A stretch of 62,995 bases of DNA, filler included, from Hydrolagus affinis (lineage: Eukaryota), in NCBI GenBank assembly GCA_012026655.1. It is 4 parts of 4 records of this genome, joined end to end, with 100 filler letters (N's around TTAATTAATTAA, not from the genome) between each part and the next. Parts side by side here need not be neighbours in the genome. Positions count along the whole stretch, not along the records: positions 10,425 to 35,829 come from JAAILG010009939.1; 3 more parts are not named here. The stretch is one strand, 5' to 3'. The notes under the pieces are model-generated. The model searched no databases, had not been told where the DNA came from, and worked only from the letters and a program-made list of their open reading frames with translations. Below are positions 10,425 to 23,044 of this stretch, piece after piece; the stretch's first letter is position 1; each line of letters opens with the position of its first letter. The position numbers were made by a program, and so were the translations under genes.

Positions 10425-11720
10425 TTGCAGCTCCCTACGCTATGGAAAGTAGTCAAGGGGCGCTGGTCGATCAGGGATTTTGGAGCCCAGACACAAGTAG
10501 GCTGCTCAGGTGGGGTGGAGGGCTGGGGTGGTGCGGATGGAATGGTGACTAACTCCACGGTCAAAGGGGAGAATTACAAAAAGAAAATTACATTACTCTG
10601 GCGAACTGCACACTGGGCAGAGTTCCCAGGCTACTGGACACTTAGTGTTTCGCACCAGAGTTTGGGCTCGGAATCGGGAAGGTTGACTGGCAGTGGGAGT
10701 TGGAGGTTGATTAGAAGCACAGTCGATATAGAGTATCTGGAGATGGGTCTTGAGGGAAGTGAAAGAGAGAGGGGGCGAGACAAACGGACAGCAATATAGA
10801 GCTCCACGGTGTGGAGGCGGAGAATCAGCCGCCCATCAATTATATCTTTAGTTTGATGGATCATTTAATCGAATCCCCGCAGGGCCTCAAGGCCAAGAAT
10901 CCGCACACTTTCCAATAGAAAATGAAGGTAGTTTCTGTTGGAGCCTTGCAGTGCAGTCAACCAATGTGGTGAGAATGAAAGCACAGTGATACACTGCACT
11001 GTCAGATACCAGCAGCTCAGAGAAGGATAAACTGGTGATAGAACTAGATTCCTGTAGCTGAGCAGCGAAGCGGTTTCCAAATCCTGTTTGTTTCACTAGA
11101 TCGCCATCACCGGAATATATCTCCGGACTGTAAACTCTGGGTGTTTGTCTGGGTAAAGCCTGTACCAGAAGATATAGTAATTGCTTGCAGTAGTGGTGTA
11201 GGTACACACAAACTAGCAGCTTCTCCTTCTTTGTTAACCATCGTCGGCAGCTATCTGACTGACAGAATCGGCGTCAGAGTGTTCTGGAATAAATCAGGAA
11301 AAGCACGGCGAAATATTAGTCACTAAATTCACAATTCATTTGTCAGCCGTCGAACAATAGTTAGCAATACGTTTTAAACAGTGTGTTATAGCATCGTTGA
11401 GACGTCTTGATGCGCTGTCTAGAATAAGCAATCAAGTGATAAACTGTACATTTTGTCGCTAGAAAATGTCAGCTAGTTTTGCACAGCAAAGCACCACAAA
11501 GATGTGGGATGAGTTACTAAACTAGCATTGGGAAATACATAATACATTATTACCATCGGAAAAGATATATGTCTATGTGGAAAACAAAGTTTAAATCGAG
11601 AAATAAGTTTTATTTTGATTAGCAAGGCATGGGTTCAACCAGGTGATAAATCCACTGCATTTCTTCATTCAAGATCCTGAATGTAGGATCTTGAATGGTC
11701 CTCATATTTAAAGCCCTTCA
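10425..11720. repeat. duplicated block (family A pseudo-V plus flank), copies at about 28020-29290 and, in part, 57520-58400
   Basis: Shared GCAGCTCCCTACGCTATGGAAAGTAGTC... flank followed by the family A V. Confidence 0.85.
10969..11283 (-). pseudogene. TCR V pseudogene, family A (DSVSQ...EG)
   Basis: Homologous to the intact V at 29995-30307 with several frameshifts; RSS CACATTG, 23 bp, ACAGAAACT at 10930-10968. Confidence 0.85.
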
Positions 11721-11855
11721 CAACCTCGCACTAAACCAACATGTGTTACCTCCTATCCCCTTACTAACCTGACCTCCCACTCACTCTGCTCAGCAGGCTC
11801 TGGCCTGCTCCACCTACTCCAACCGAGGGACTGTTTCCCCTGGTAGGAGAATCTA

Positions 11856-12150
11856 CAACCAGGGGTCAGAGTCTTAAAATTGAGGGTCAGCCTTTTAGAA
11901 CAGAGTTGAGGAAATATTTCTTCACTCGGAGGGTAGTGAATTGATGGAAGGCTGTAGATGCTCAGTCCTTGAACATTTTGAAGGCTGAGACTGATAGATT
12001 TTTGAAAAATAGCGGGATTGGGGGATATGGGGATAGAGCATGTAATCCGAGTTAGGTGAGAAGATCAGTCTTGATCTTATTGAATGGCGGAGTAGGCTCG
12101 AGGGACTGAATTGCCTACACCTGCTGCTAATTCTTATGTTCTTATGTTCT
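11856..12150 (+). mobile_element. CR1 LINE 3' fragment
   Basis: ...TTTCTTCACTCGGAGGGTAGTGAAT... (FFTxRVV motif) and GTTCTTAT tail; similar pieces near 4.2, 6.9, 18.7, 24.5, 30.5, 58.5 and 60.8 kb. Confidence 0.65.
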
Positions 12151-12965
12151 AACCTATCTGCACTACCGTTGAGGGGCGAGTCTTCAGCCACTCTGCCACG
12201 AACATCTGGAACTACATCCAAGATTCCACTACATCGTCCCCTCCCTGGTGCAGCCTCAAGACTTTCCACTTAGACAGCAACTGACAAGCATCCCCGTCCA
12301 ACCCACCCACCAGTTCTCAGCAAAGGTTTGAAGCTGTAAATGTCCAGCGCCTTGGGACGCCCTGCTGATGGGAAAGGAGCTATAAAAATACAATTTTGTT
12401 AGGGTTGCTTTTGTTTGTTGCACAGTTTCCATACTGCGGGACAGGTGGCTGTTTCATTTTGGATGACGGTTGAGCTAGAGGTGAAGATTTGGAGGAGACT
12501 GCAGCACACTGACGGCAAGTTACACTATTGACAATTGGTCTAACGAAATAATAAATGGAAAGAACATGGTGTTTGCAAACTGACTTGAGTTAATTGCATC
12601 TGAACGTGTAGCGCTCAACTCGTTCATCAATAGCTGTCTGCATTTATTGCAACGTATAATGACGTGAGAGTTTAGCTGACAAGCTGATGGGAGGGGAATG
12701 TGGTTTGTGTTGACGATCGAGATAATGCAGGGGGACTGGCGAGGGGCTGGCCAGTGGTGGAAAACAGAATGTTGGGAATATTTCTGATTTCCACATCCAA
12801 TTTCGCAACGCAGTGTCTCACAAATAGTCGTGGAATCAGTGATCTGATTAATAATTTGCTTCTGTACATATTGGCTTTCTTTTTCACTCTAGTTTACCTA
12901 ATTTTGAATGTATTATTACCACCACCCGCGGAATGTGATCTGCCGATCGACTAACAAATTTTGAG

Positions 12966-13260
12966 CCTGTAGCTCAGCGGTAAGAGCATTAGGCTTACAA
13001 ATGAGAAGCCTGGGTTCTATTCAGGCTGGGAAAAATCATGGACAGGATACATTATTTTTCACACCTGATAAAAAATCCATTAAAAAAAATGATCATTTCA
13101 ATCCACGACTGTTTGTGGGAAACTGCTTTGTGAGATCGGCTACAGAGTTTCGCCCACAAACATATAATCACTTGACAATCTATACTGTGATGTGCTTTGT
13201 GATAAATGGATGTCGTAAAAAGCGCTACAGAAAATGCAAGAATTTCTATTATTATCATTT
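12966..13260 (+). mobile_element. tRNA-headed Deu-core SINE
   Basis: GCCTGTAGCTCAGCGGTAAGAGC head followed by the same core and tail. Confidence 0.7.
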
Positions 13261-13559
13261 CTAAATTGATTCCTCCTTGGTGCTAGTTAAACAGAGGTTT
13301 CTGTAGGAATGAAAGTGACTCGTGGTTTGTCCCACCCAGGAACCGAATCCAGCTCTGCTCGCTTTCGAGGCTTGTGTTGTAACCAGTTAGCTGTAGAACT
13401 GCAGGTTATTTGCTGTACAACGCAGTAACACGGCTTCATATTGATGTGAATGTTGCTATATAAATGATAGGTGTATTGTATTATTATATAGCGCCATCTA
13501 GCTTCGCTTCAGGCACGTTTCAGTTGATGGGTTGGGTGAGGATGATTTAATAATCATAA

Positions 13560-13892
13560 TGATAATAATAATCCCTCATTTGATATAGCGCTTTCCACAT
13601 ATTATCAACGTCCCAAAGCGCTTCACAGAATATACAGTAAAGTGAATTGACTGTATATATTTTGGGGAGAAAGGCGGCAGCCAATTGCGCACAGCAGTGT
13701 CCCACACACAGTCATAGATTGAAATGCCTATTTTATTACTCTGTTTTTTTTGGAGTGATTATTACTCGGCGTGTGGAGTAAGGAAACTTGCCCAAATTTT
13801 CGCCCTGACCGGCCTGGATTCGAACACAGGTCTCCCCAGCTTGGTCTCCCCAGCTTTCAAGACAAGTGCTCTAACCACTAAGTCACAGGAGC
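13560..13892 (-). mobile_element. tRNA-headed Deu-core SINE
   Basis: Reverse-complement copy with head, core and (ATT)n tail. Confidence 0.7.
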
Positions 13893-16110
13893 TGCACTTT
13901 TGCGTTTGATTTACCCGTGTATCCAATGGAATAATTAGTAGATCATCAATGTTCTTCTCGACAGCTCCCTGTTGAACAAGTCCTTGCAACGGCATTCCAC
14001 CACTTCGAGGTATATACACCGATATCTCCCATCACAGGACATCCACGATCCCCCCACACCCCTGCACCCCACCCACAACCCCACCCAGAGAAGCACCCAT
14101 CTCCCCAGCTCATACCCTATCTCCCTCCCTCTCCAAAACCTCCACCACTCCTTACCATCAGCGGACAGGCTTTCAGTCTCTCTCCTACCAGTCTCTTGAA
14201 TTCCATCCCAGTGAACCTTCGCTGCCCTTTCTCGCTTGACCATTTACGGCCGATCTCAAGACCCGCCTCCTCAATCTTGCCTTCTGCTGCCCTCCCGACT
14301 CTCTCCCACTCCCCTTCGAACTTTCTTCCGCTACCCTCCAAATCTCCCCCCCACCACCCCTTGTAACTCTCTGCCCCTCTCCTGCTAAATCTCGACCTCT
14401 CCTCTCCCGACTCTCTACCTCTCCACTCCCAACTCTCTATCTCCCGCACAAATCTCTCCATCTCCTCCCAACTCTCTCCCCATCTTCCACAATCTCTCCC
14501 TCCCGTAGCATCTCTCTTCCTTTCCTCCCTACTGTCCACCACCGCATTTGGATGTACTCCCGTCGTCAAATGCGCTCTATCAATTTAATTTTGTTGTTGT
14601 TGTTGCTTTATTCTAATAAATGCAGCAGTGCATGATAATGATAATAACATTACTGCTTCTATTTGTTGGAGCGCCAAATCATGTATTTCATTTGATCCAC
14701 AATATAATATAATATAGTATATAGAATATAATATACTTGTGATTCATTACATTTTGTCTGGAAATGCGGCAACGAAGAGACTACAGCTGTGTTCCACAAG
14801 AAGTCTTGGATACGGTGACTAAAGCTTTTCTAAGGGATGACAATTCTTGCATTTGGTATAACGCTTTTCACGTGTAATCGACGTCTCAAAGCGCTTCACA
14901 GAATATATAGTCAAGTGAATTGACGGTATATTTGTGGGCGTCACGCGGCAGCCAATTGTGCACTGTAGTGTCGCACAATTAGTCGTAGGTTGAAATGAAC
15001 AATTTTATTACTGTGGTTGTTAATTATTTATTACGTCTCCCTGAAAAGAAATGCGTCGATTGACTACCAACAGGAGGCCAATTTATTCCTTGTTAAACAG
15101 CGTAATTTGGAAGATGGAAACATGTCACACAGTCCTCTCTAAGAAATCTTTCTTCCACAAATACACAGTCAATTCGATTTACAGTGTGTACTATGTGAAG
15201 CGATTGAAGAAGTCGATAAGATGTCAAACGCACTTCATCAAATGCAAGGATTATTCTTATATTATCTTAACCTTGTGTCACATTCCATTCTATACAGATG
15301 GAGCCTGACTTTTTGAGTGTTCCCAGCGATATCAGTCTTTGTTCCCGTTTGAATTATGTTTCACTCACAAAACACTAAACTCAACACAATATGTCGTTGT
15401 GTACAACAAACATCCATCGGGATCACTGGCTCGAAATTATTTTGCCAAAAGAGCAAAACCATTTAGAATGTGAGACATCTCAAAAAAGCTGCAAATGATA
15501 CTGTATGGTATCTAAAAGAGAGACATCTAAAAGTGCTGGACAAGATACTGTGTGATGTGTATTGACAGTTTCTGTCTGCCAAGTCGCTGTTAACTAACTT
15601 TACATTATATTCACTGACACACGTTGAGACGTCCAGCAACATCAACAAACAAATTACAGTTGTACGGCGTCTTGCACGTCAGGAGAACGTCCCAAGACGC
15701 TGCCTAGTTACTGCTTCGGACCCGAGCTGAGGAGAGGTGGGGATGTGGGGAGGTGTGGGGTGGTGGCAGTGGAGTTCCTATGGATCCATCGAAGAGGAGA
15801 GTCTTGGGGCGAGACTCGAAGAAGTCCATCGAGATATGATAATGCGCCTATAACCAAAAGTAAAGATTATTATTGCTAATGTTTCTTCCACTGTTTCACT
15901 ATGTATTCTATCACTTGTTCGCCTGTGGTTGGAAATGTAGTCACCTGTTTCCTCTGAGAGACACAGCAACAATTGTAGGATTCGTCAAATAGGTCAACCG
16001 TCAGCAATGCCATCTGTGCTGTGATTAAACCCATTAACTCCCATTGCACGTTTATGTTCGGTGGTATATAGTGTTTTTATACGAGTCCCAGACTGGTTCG
16101 CATCACTGTG

Positions 16111-16419
16111 TGGACGGAGAGCACAGTAATACACAGCGCTGTCAGACAGCTCCAGCTGGGAGATAGTTAAACTGATGAGTTTTGTCGAGGTCTGGAGTTC
16201 CATAGTGAACCGTTTATCAATAAAACTCTGCTCTGTATGCACTCCCACTTGAATGCTTCATGAGTATGTACTGCGGTTCATTTCCCAGCAGTTCTCGATA
16301 CCATTGCAAATAATAGCTGATGAGAGATGTGTCATATTGACATTCCATGGTTACACTTCCTCCTTCTTTCTCGGTCACTGGAGCCGCCTTCTGTGTCACA
16401 GAGTCTCCTTGTGTCAGGC
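16111..16419 (-). pseudogene. TCR V with a single +1 frameshift in a T run (possible sequencing error)
   Basis: GLTQGDSVTQKAAPVTEKEGGSVTMEC...WYRE...AYRAEF then shift at GAGTTTTATT, continuing IDKRFTMELQ...DSAVYYCALRP; RSS CACAGTG, 23 bp, ATAAAAACA at 16072-16110. Confidence 0.82.
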
Positions 16420-17132
16420 CTGAAATACACATACATGCAATCCTGTAGATCAACCGTTAGAGCGCCTGCTTCGCCAGCGAGAAGACCTGGGTTCGATTCC
16501 CGGGCAAGACAGAGCAAATCGTCAGGCAATTTACACAATAAGCATGCGTTTGTGTGCCGAGCGTCAAGTGGAACCCAATTGTTTGTCAATTGACGAATTA
16601 TATTTACCAAGGGAAAGAATTCGTTTGGAAATAAAGAAACTATTTAGTCATTCAATCAGTGACTGTTTGTGGGACGCTTCTGTGAGCTCCTTGCTTCCCC
16701 GTTTCTTCCACAAATTACAATACTCTTTACACAATATTCAGTGAAGTGATTTTAGTATCTCTATCTCGTGCTTGACACAATGCGTCGATTGTTAGTGTTG
16801 TTATGAACCCTTTGGCAAGTTTTCTTAATCCACACGCCTACTAATAATCACTCAACAAATACACAATAATAAAATTGGTCATTTCAATCCACGACTGTTT
16901 GTGGGACACTGCTTGCGCAATTGGCTGCCGCGTTTCGCCCACAAATATACGGTCAATTCACTTTGCAGTTTATTCTGTGAAGCGCTTTGGGACGTTGATG
17001 GGATGTGAAAAGCGATTCATCAAATGAAAGGATTAGCATTATTATTATTAACATAATGAAGAGTATATATACACATACACAAATCAACGGTTTTGAAAAC
17101 TGTTTTAAATGACAACTGTTACACCATATTAC

Positions 17133-17184
17133 CTATTAATATGGCAACCAGGGGCAAACGCCCATTGATTCTCCATATTGCCAT
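17133..17184 (-). CDS. leader exon of V 16111-16419
   Basis: ATG...ATA G|GTAAT, MAIWRINGRLPLVAILI, phase 1, compatible with the V acceptor. Confidence 0.65.
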
Positions 17185-17249
17185 CACTCACTCCAAATCT
17201 CGATGTTTTATGGTAAGGTATTTGTGTTGATCTAAGATATGCAGCAGTG

Positions 17250-17345
17250 AGCCACGTGATGCTTCATCGCGATGACATCACTTCCTAATCCTGTGACGTG
17301 GACATCAACTGATCAGTGTGATAGCGATATCAATAAGTCACAGTG
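17250..17345 (-). promoter_or_regulatory. putative V promoter (CRE-like, Ets, E-box motifs)
   Basis: TGACATCA at 17273-17280 adjacent to ACTTCCT, plus CACGTG, TGACGT and CAACTG, 70-160 bp upstream of the leader ATG. Confidence 0.4.
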
Positions 17346-18224
17346 CTTCCTCTGGCGAAAGGGATGGGGGAGCGAATATTAATTGATCTAATTCAGTTTG
17401 GCCACAGGCGATGTTTAAGAATAATAATACTTTTGGTATTTGGTATTACTTTCTATTTTAACGATGAAGCAAATCCAAATGTTCGACACAATATACTGTG
17501 AAGTTTAGTGACTTTAGACCATATTTGTATATAGTCATGATATTACATAGAATGATTTAAACGTGAGTAACTTCCACAACGAGTTGTGGACTGGACAGCA
17601 ATGGATCTAGGCTGGAATCAGAGCAAAAATCCGTAGAATCGCGAAACGCGGCAGCCAAATTGCGCACAATCGTGTCCAACAAACAGTCATAGCAGTGGGA
17701 TTACGAGGAAAAGGGGCTAAAGTGGCAAGGGAATGAGTCGGTGTAGGGGGAAGGTGAGCACGAGTCGAAAGGTTGAATCAATTTTTCGTTCTCCATAGTT
17801 GCTGTCTGGCCTGCTGATTGTTCCAAGCCATTTCTGATTTTGTTTCAGATTTCCAGCCACTGCAATATTTTGCGTATTTATTCAGGCAGAATATATTCAT
17901 GGGAGTTCATCTAGTTAGTCACACATATTGAGTAGCTATTACTGAATATAATCGGCTACGGTTTAAGCGCTCGAGACACCATCTGGCATGGAGGACGCTA
18001 TGTAGACGCAAGTTGTTTAACGTATAATGTTCTGAGAGTTTAGCAGACAAGCTGATGGGAGGGGAATGTGGTTTCGTCTGAGTCTGGCTGCTGAAGTGTC
18101 TGCTCCCCGCAAGGTCTCAAGGCCTGACCAAGATTCCGCACAATTTTCAAACAGACGGATCGTCCCCTATGTTTAATATGAAGACAGTTATTGTTCGAGC
18201 CCTGCAGCGTAGTCAACCACAGTG

Positions 18225-18537
18225 GTGCGACTAAAGGCACAGTGATACACTGCGCTGTCAGATACCAGCAGCTCAGAGATGGATAAACTGGTGGAAGAAC
18301 TAGATTTCTGTAGCTGAGCAGAGAAACGGTTTCCAAATCCTGTTCCTTTGACTTGATCGTTATTATGAGAATATCTCTGGACTACAAACTCCGGATGTTT
18401 GTCTGGGTAACGTCTGTACCAGAAGAGAAAGTAATAGCTAGTAGTCGTGGAGTATTTGCAAACCAAATCGACAGTATCTCCTTCTATCTTAACCACCGTG
18501 GCAGCTTTCTGACTCACAGAATCGGCGTCACAGAGTT
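18225..18537 (-). pseudogene. TCR V family A, open frame but splice acceptor AG>AA
   Basis: Full V frame ...VCKYSTTTSYYFLFWYRRY...DSAVYHCAFSR; acceptor reads TTACAA versus TTACAG in the paralog; RSS CACTGTG, 23 bp, ACAATAACT at 18186-18224. Confidence 0.78.
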
Positions 18538-18967
18538 TTGTAATAAACGAGGGAAAGCATAGCTAAACATTCATATAATCAAGGAATCTTACGGCACCAA
18601 AGGAGGCCATTCGGTCCATCTAGGCTGTTCCGGCTCTTTGAAAAGAGCAATTCAATCCCACTCCCCAGCTCTCTCTCCCCATAAATGTGCATACTGCCCT
18701 CCACAAATAAACATCTACATCTCTTTTAAAATATATTTTTACATCGGCCAAACCTACCGTTTCAGGCAATGCATTCCAGCTCTCAAAAACTGGATGAATG
18801 AAAACACGTTTCCTCAACTCCCCTGTACTTCTATTAGAAACGATTAGATCACCTCAATTGTGGACTGATTGCTCTGACCACTCAGCTTCAGGTCTCCCTC
18901 CAACAATCGTTGTTGAAATGTAGCTGACAATCAGCAGCGACACTGAATTAGCTCAACACGACCTCAC

Positions 18968-19013
18968 CTGCCGTAAAGGTTCCCAGCACTAGACAGACAG
19001 CATACAGCCTCAT
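18968..19013 (-). CDS. leader exon, family A
   Basis: MRLYAVCLVLGTFTA + G|GTGAG, 46 nt, phase 1. Confidence 0.8.
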
Positions 19014-19042
19014 TGCTGCTCCTCAGCCTTCGCTGTTGTGTC

Positions 19043-19105
19043 TGTGACATCAGTTTGCTGGGAACCAATATGCCTCACTGGCAGATCCCACAGTCCCACG
19101 TCACC
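19043..19105 (-). promoter_or_regulatory. putative family A V promoter with CRE-like motifs
   Basis: TGTGACATCA at 19043-19052 and ACGTCA at 19098-19103; similar motifs lie upstream of the homologous leaders near 25.0, 30.8 and 58.9 kb. Confidence 0.4.
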
Positions 19106-19872
19106 TCATCGACATCTCAATTGCTTTTACATTGTGCAATACTCCTTTACTGTCAGTGTTAGTGTGGCGGGGGTGGGTGGGGTGGTGGGCTGTTGGGAGG
19201 TGGGGTGCAGGGAATCCTCCCACTCAGCTCCTGTTAACCTTACAATGAAATCTTACAAATATACAGTCAACTCACTTAACAGTATATATTCCATGAAGCG
19301 CTTTGCGACGTCGATAATCTGTGAAAAGCGCTAGTTTTGCCTTTATAATCAAATGCAGGTATTATTCATATTATTCTAATCCAATAAATGATGGTCATGA
19401 GCATCGGATTAGTTTACGTATACACAAATGGAAAGAGCGTTTTTAATTTCACGCCAAGTAATATTTTGTACTAATTGAAGCACATCCTCCATCTTATAGC
19501 TCAAAATGTGCCGGTAGCACTTTTAGTTAGATTTCTAAACGTTGTAAAATTAAATTTTTCATCCATTCGAAGATCTTCATGTATCTCCAGTGTTGATTCG
19601 TGCATGAATTATTTCCTGAAAGATCATTGTTATATTGATAATTTTTCCTGTGTTATAGTGTATTTAAATAATTCCCTACATGAAGCCATGTGACTTGCTG
19701 TAGCCCTTGTTTTAGTGCATGCGTTCGGGAATTAATCACGTGATTCCTATGAGAGACACAGCAGCAAAGTCAAATAGGTCAACTGTCAGGAATGACATCT
19801 GTGCTCTGATTAAACCATTAACTCCTCTTTGTAGGTTTATGTACGGTGGTGTAGCCTGACGGTAACAATGTG

Positions 19873-19985
19873 CGAGTAATGCCACAATAGTATGTGGCTG
19901 AATCAGATAGAGCCGCAGCCAGCACAGTAACATTGGATGTCTTGCTGCTAGTGTCCAAACCAGTGATGAATACATCTTTAGATTT
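19873..19985 (-). pseudogene. 3' half V fragment retaining a 23-RSS
   Basis: ...DVFITGLDTSSKTSNVTVLAAALSDSATYYCGITR then CACATTG (19866-19872), 23 bp, ACATAAACC; 5' half missing relative to V 59723-60027. Confidence 0.8.
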
Positions 19986-20146
19986 GAGCTTGCTTCGGAT
20001 TCCTTTCCAGTCGGAACCTGTCAGAGTCAGCAGGGATTGCACAGGTATATTGCAGACAATCCCCAGATTTCATTGGGAAAACCACATTGGTAATTTAGAG
20101 CTCAGGACCTTTTTGTACGAGAACGCAATAGACTCCTATCACAGTG

Positions 20147-20465
20147 TAGTGCACAGACAGAGCGAAAGCGCAGTGGTGCACGGCAGCGTCACCCAGCTGA
20201 ACATCAACGATGGTTAAAAAGAACCTTTTTTCAGGTTTATTCATTTGAGAAGAAAAGCGGTTCCCAACGCCCTTCCCTTTGCCATTGCTGTTTGAAGCAC
20301 TCCACCACAGAACCATTTTGGGGGTTTGACCTGAGTATTGCCGGTACCAATACAAGTCATAGAACTGAACTATCGTGGAGTAGGTACAGTTAGTTTGAAA
20401 TATTTGGTCCAATGTCAAGTTGACCGAGGAATAGGGTTGAGAAACTGAATCTCCACGACTCAGGC
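20147..20465 (-). CDS. TCR V family B, open frame (YYC motif read as HHC)
   Basis: TTCCAG acceptor; GLSRGDSVSQPYSSV...TNCTYSTIVQFYDLYWYRQY...DAAVHHCAFALSVH; RSS CACTGTG, 23 bp, ACAAAAAGG at 20108-20146. Confidence 0.85.
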
Positions 20466-21280
20466 CTGGAATAAGAATATCAAACATTGATGGTCAGTGG
20501 ACGCCCTCATTTAGCTATATTACACAGTGCGTTATCTTTGCCTGACAACTCGAAACACTTCACACGATTCTTTATATCAAGTGTTCACTCTGTGCATTGA
20601 GCAACAAACACGGCATCCCAATAGCAAACACAACTCTGGAAAGATTGGCGTATGGAGTATGGATAATTAACTCATATTTTGACCTGCCTGAAATGCACCC
20701 CAATATTCTCATTTTCCCCGCGACCCTCCAAACACAGCGCTACAAGATAAAACTAATAAAAGCTATGCAATCAATGATGAACAATGATGAGACCTTTGTT
20801 CGTATCCAGGCAGATCACAGCGAAACCTCAGGCAAATTCAACTTGCTCCACATGCCTAAAAATAATCCGTCCAAAAAAAACACAACACAATAATGAACAT
20901 TGGTCCCTTCAATCCATACTTACTCGTGGGACACTGCTATGCGCAATTGGCTGCCGCGTTTCGCCCCAAAAGATACAGACAAGTCACTTTACAGTATATT
21001 CTGTAAAGCGGCTTGTGACGTCGATCACACGTGAAANNNNNNNNNNNNNNNNNNNNNNNNNNNNNNNNNNNNNNNNNNNNNNNNNNNNNNNNNNNNNNNN
21101 NNNNNNNNNNNNNNNNNNNNNNNNNNNNNNNNNNNNNNNNNNNNNNNNNNNNNNNNNNNNNNNNNNNNNNNNNNNNNNNNNNNNNNNNNNNNNNNNNNNN
21201 NNNNNNNNNNNNNNNNNNNNNNNNNNNNNNNNNNNNNNNNNNNNNNNNNNNNNNNNNGGATATTTGCCTGAATTGATTAC

Positions 21281-21326
21281 CTATCAATAAAGCAGCCAGT
21301 AACATCCAGATTAAAATTCCCCCCAT
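21281..21326 (-). CDS. leader exon of V 20147-20465
   Basis: MGGILIWMLLAALLI + G|GTAAT, 46 nt, phase 1. Confidence 0.8.
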
Positions 21327-23044
21327 CTTCTCAGCTCTACCTGAAGATGCCCAATTAACACTTGGAAGGTATTGATGGTGAATGGTTCCAGCCCCCACAG
21401 TGCTGTCATTCACAGCATCCAATGGGTAAAGTGCGGAACTTCCACGCGATCATGAACAGTTTTCAATGTATATTTAGAAGTTGCTTAATAGGCTACAACC
21501 AAAGGATTGTAGAATCTTAGCAAATAGTAGGAGGCCATATACAGACGGTTCATTGTGAACCGTAACAAGTCCCTGTGTGAAAAAATATCTCAACGTCTCC
21601 TATGTTATTATGTTGTCGATTGTATTCAATCTGTGAAATAAATTAAAATGCTGTTAATGTTTAATATGTGTACGAAGTGTTGGATAGGATTAAGCAGTTT
21701 TGCAATTGACGGAAAATCGTTATTCTGGAGCTAGCTGCTAAGAGAACCCGTCTTACAAACATGAGACCTCTGGTTTCGAAGCCAGGCAGCTTAGGGCCAA
21801 ATTTTGGACATGTTTTCATAGTGCACACACCGAAAAATAATTCACCGAATTTCTCGAAGTTCTGTTTCCAAAAGAAAAAAGCAATTGAGAACGATGGACA
21901 TCTCAATGAGCTACACATGATGCAATGTCAAGTATTTTCATTGCAACTTTTTGCCACCTAGCAGCCAAACCTCTTTACAGTACAGTATATTCTCTGTGAG
22001 ACATTATAACTCACCGACATCAAAGTTGAAACACAGCAGTATTTCCATGTCAAGATTATCCAATCCACGACTGTTGGTGGGGACACTGATGTGCGTAATT
22101 GTCTACCGAGTTTCACTCACAAATATACAGTCAATTCACTTCACAGTATATTCTGTGAAACGCATTGAGACAAAGTCTAGAGTCTGCGAAAAGCTCTATG
22201 TCAAATGCAAAGCTTACTATATCATGATTATTATTAATGATTACATTCTGGGTCCTTGTTGTCAGGCTTACCATTGCACGATGGGGCTACAGTCAGTTAC
22301 ATATTCAATGACTTCATCGTCGCCAAATTTACTGTAAATAAAGCTTTGCTTACAAATAATCACAAGTAATGGTATGGTTTCCATCAACGTCGTTTAGTCA
22401 GCGATTGCAACGCAAAACTACATGAAACAGCTCCATTCACGTTGGGAGGATGTCCCGTGTCGCTGGACTGGTTAGGGATTTGCTCTCGAATTGCGTTTTA
22501 GAATGAGGGAGGACTGGAATGCTTGGTGGGAGGGGGAGGGATGGTCACTTTAGAGCCGATTGCAAACTAGGGCATTGATTAGGCATTAAAGTAGGAAAGG
22601 GTATTGAGCCTTCTTGTTCAACGTTATAGAACTTCATCCATATTTAGTTGCTTCCAATGTCTCTGTCAGTCTTCCTCAGCGCTCTGCACACACACATTGC
22701 GAAACCGGACACTCAGTTACCTCTGTTAGAATGTCGCTGCTCATTTCGTGTCATTCCATGTGATCCTTAAAATCCACCTGAACAGTCATGGAACGAGTGA
22801 TCAACCCTTATTTCTGTGAGGGGGAATGCTAACCTAGAAAACTGATCCATCGATCGATGTAGAACTGGTTTAGTACTTGCTGTGAGAGAAACAAACTCCG
22901 CGTGTGTGTGTGTGTGTGCGTGTGCGTGTGCGTGTGCGTGTGCGTGTGTGTGTTTTGAGTAAAGAGCCTGGATCAAGTTTTCACGTGACTTTATCCGAAA
23001 CGTGGTCCTCAGGTTTGCCAGGCTAGTGCGGCACTCACTCTTAG

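Noticed and set aside
10425-10799. repeated 124-136 aa plus-strand ORF (also 27984-28394 and 57522-57803)
   Set aside because: Lies in a duplicated repeat-derived flank; starts and stops are not conserved between copies.
16441-16510. tRNA-like sequences (also about 9860, 12966, 24795, 26630, 56820, 60660)
   Set aside because: Stems are imperfect and related heads lead into SINE bodies elsewhere in the window; treated as SINE heads, not tRNA genes.
21360-21402. CACTGTG followed by GGGGCTGGAACC (GAGT, J-like) on the minus strand, duplicate near 33150
   Set aside because: No nonamer at 12 or 23 bp, no TVLTV-like strand, and the heptamer-adjacent bases differ in the duplicate; probably chance.
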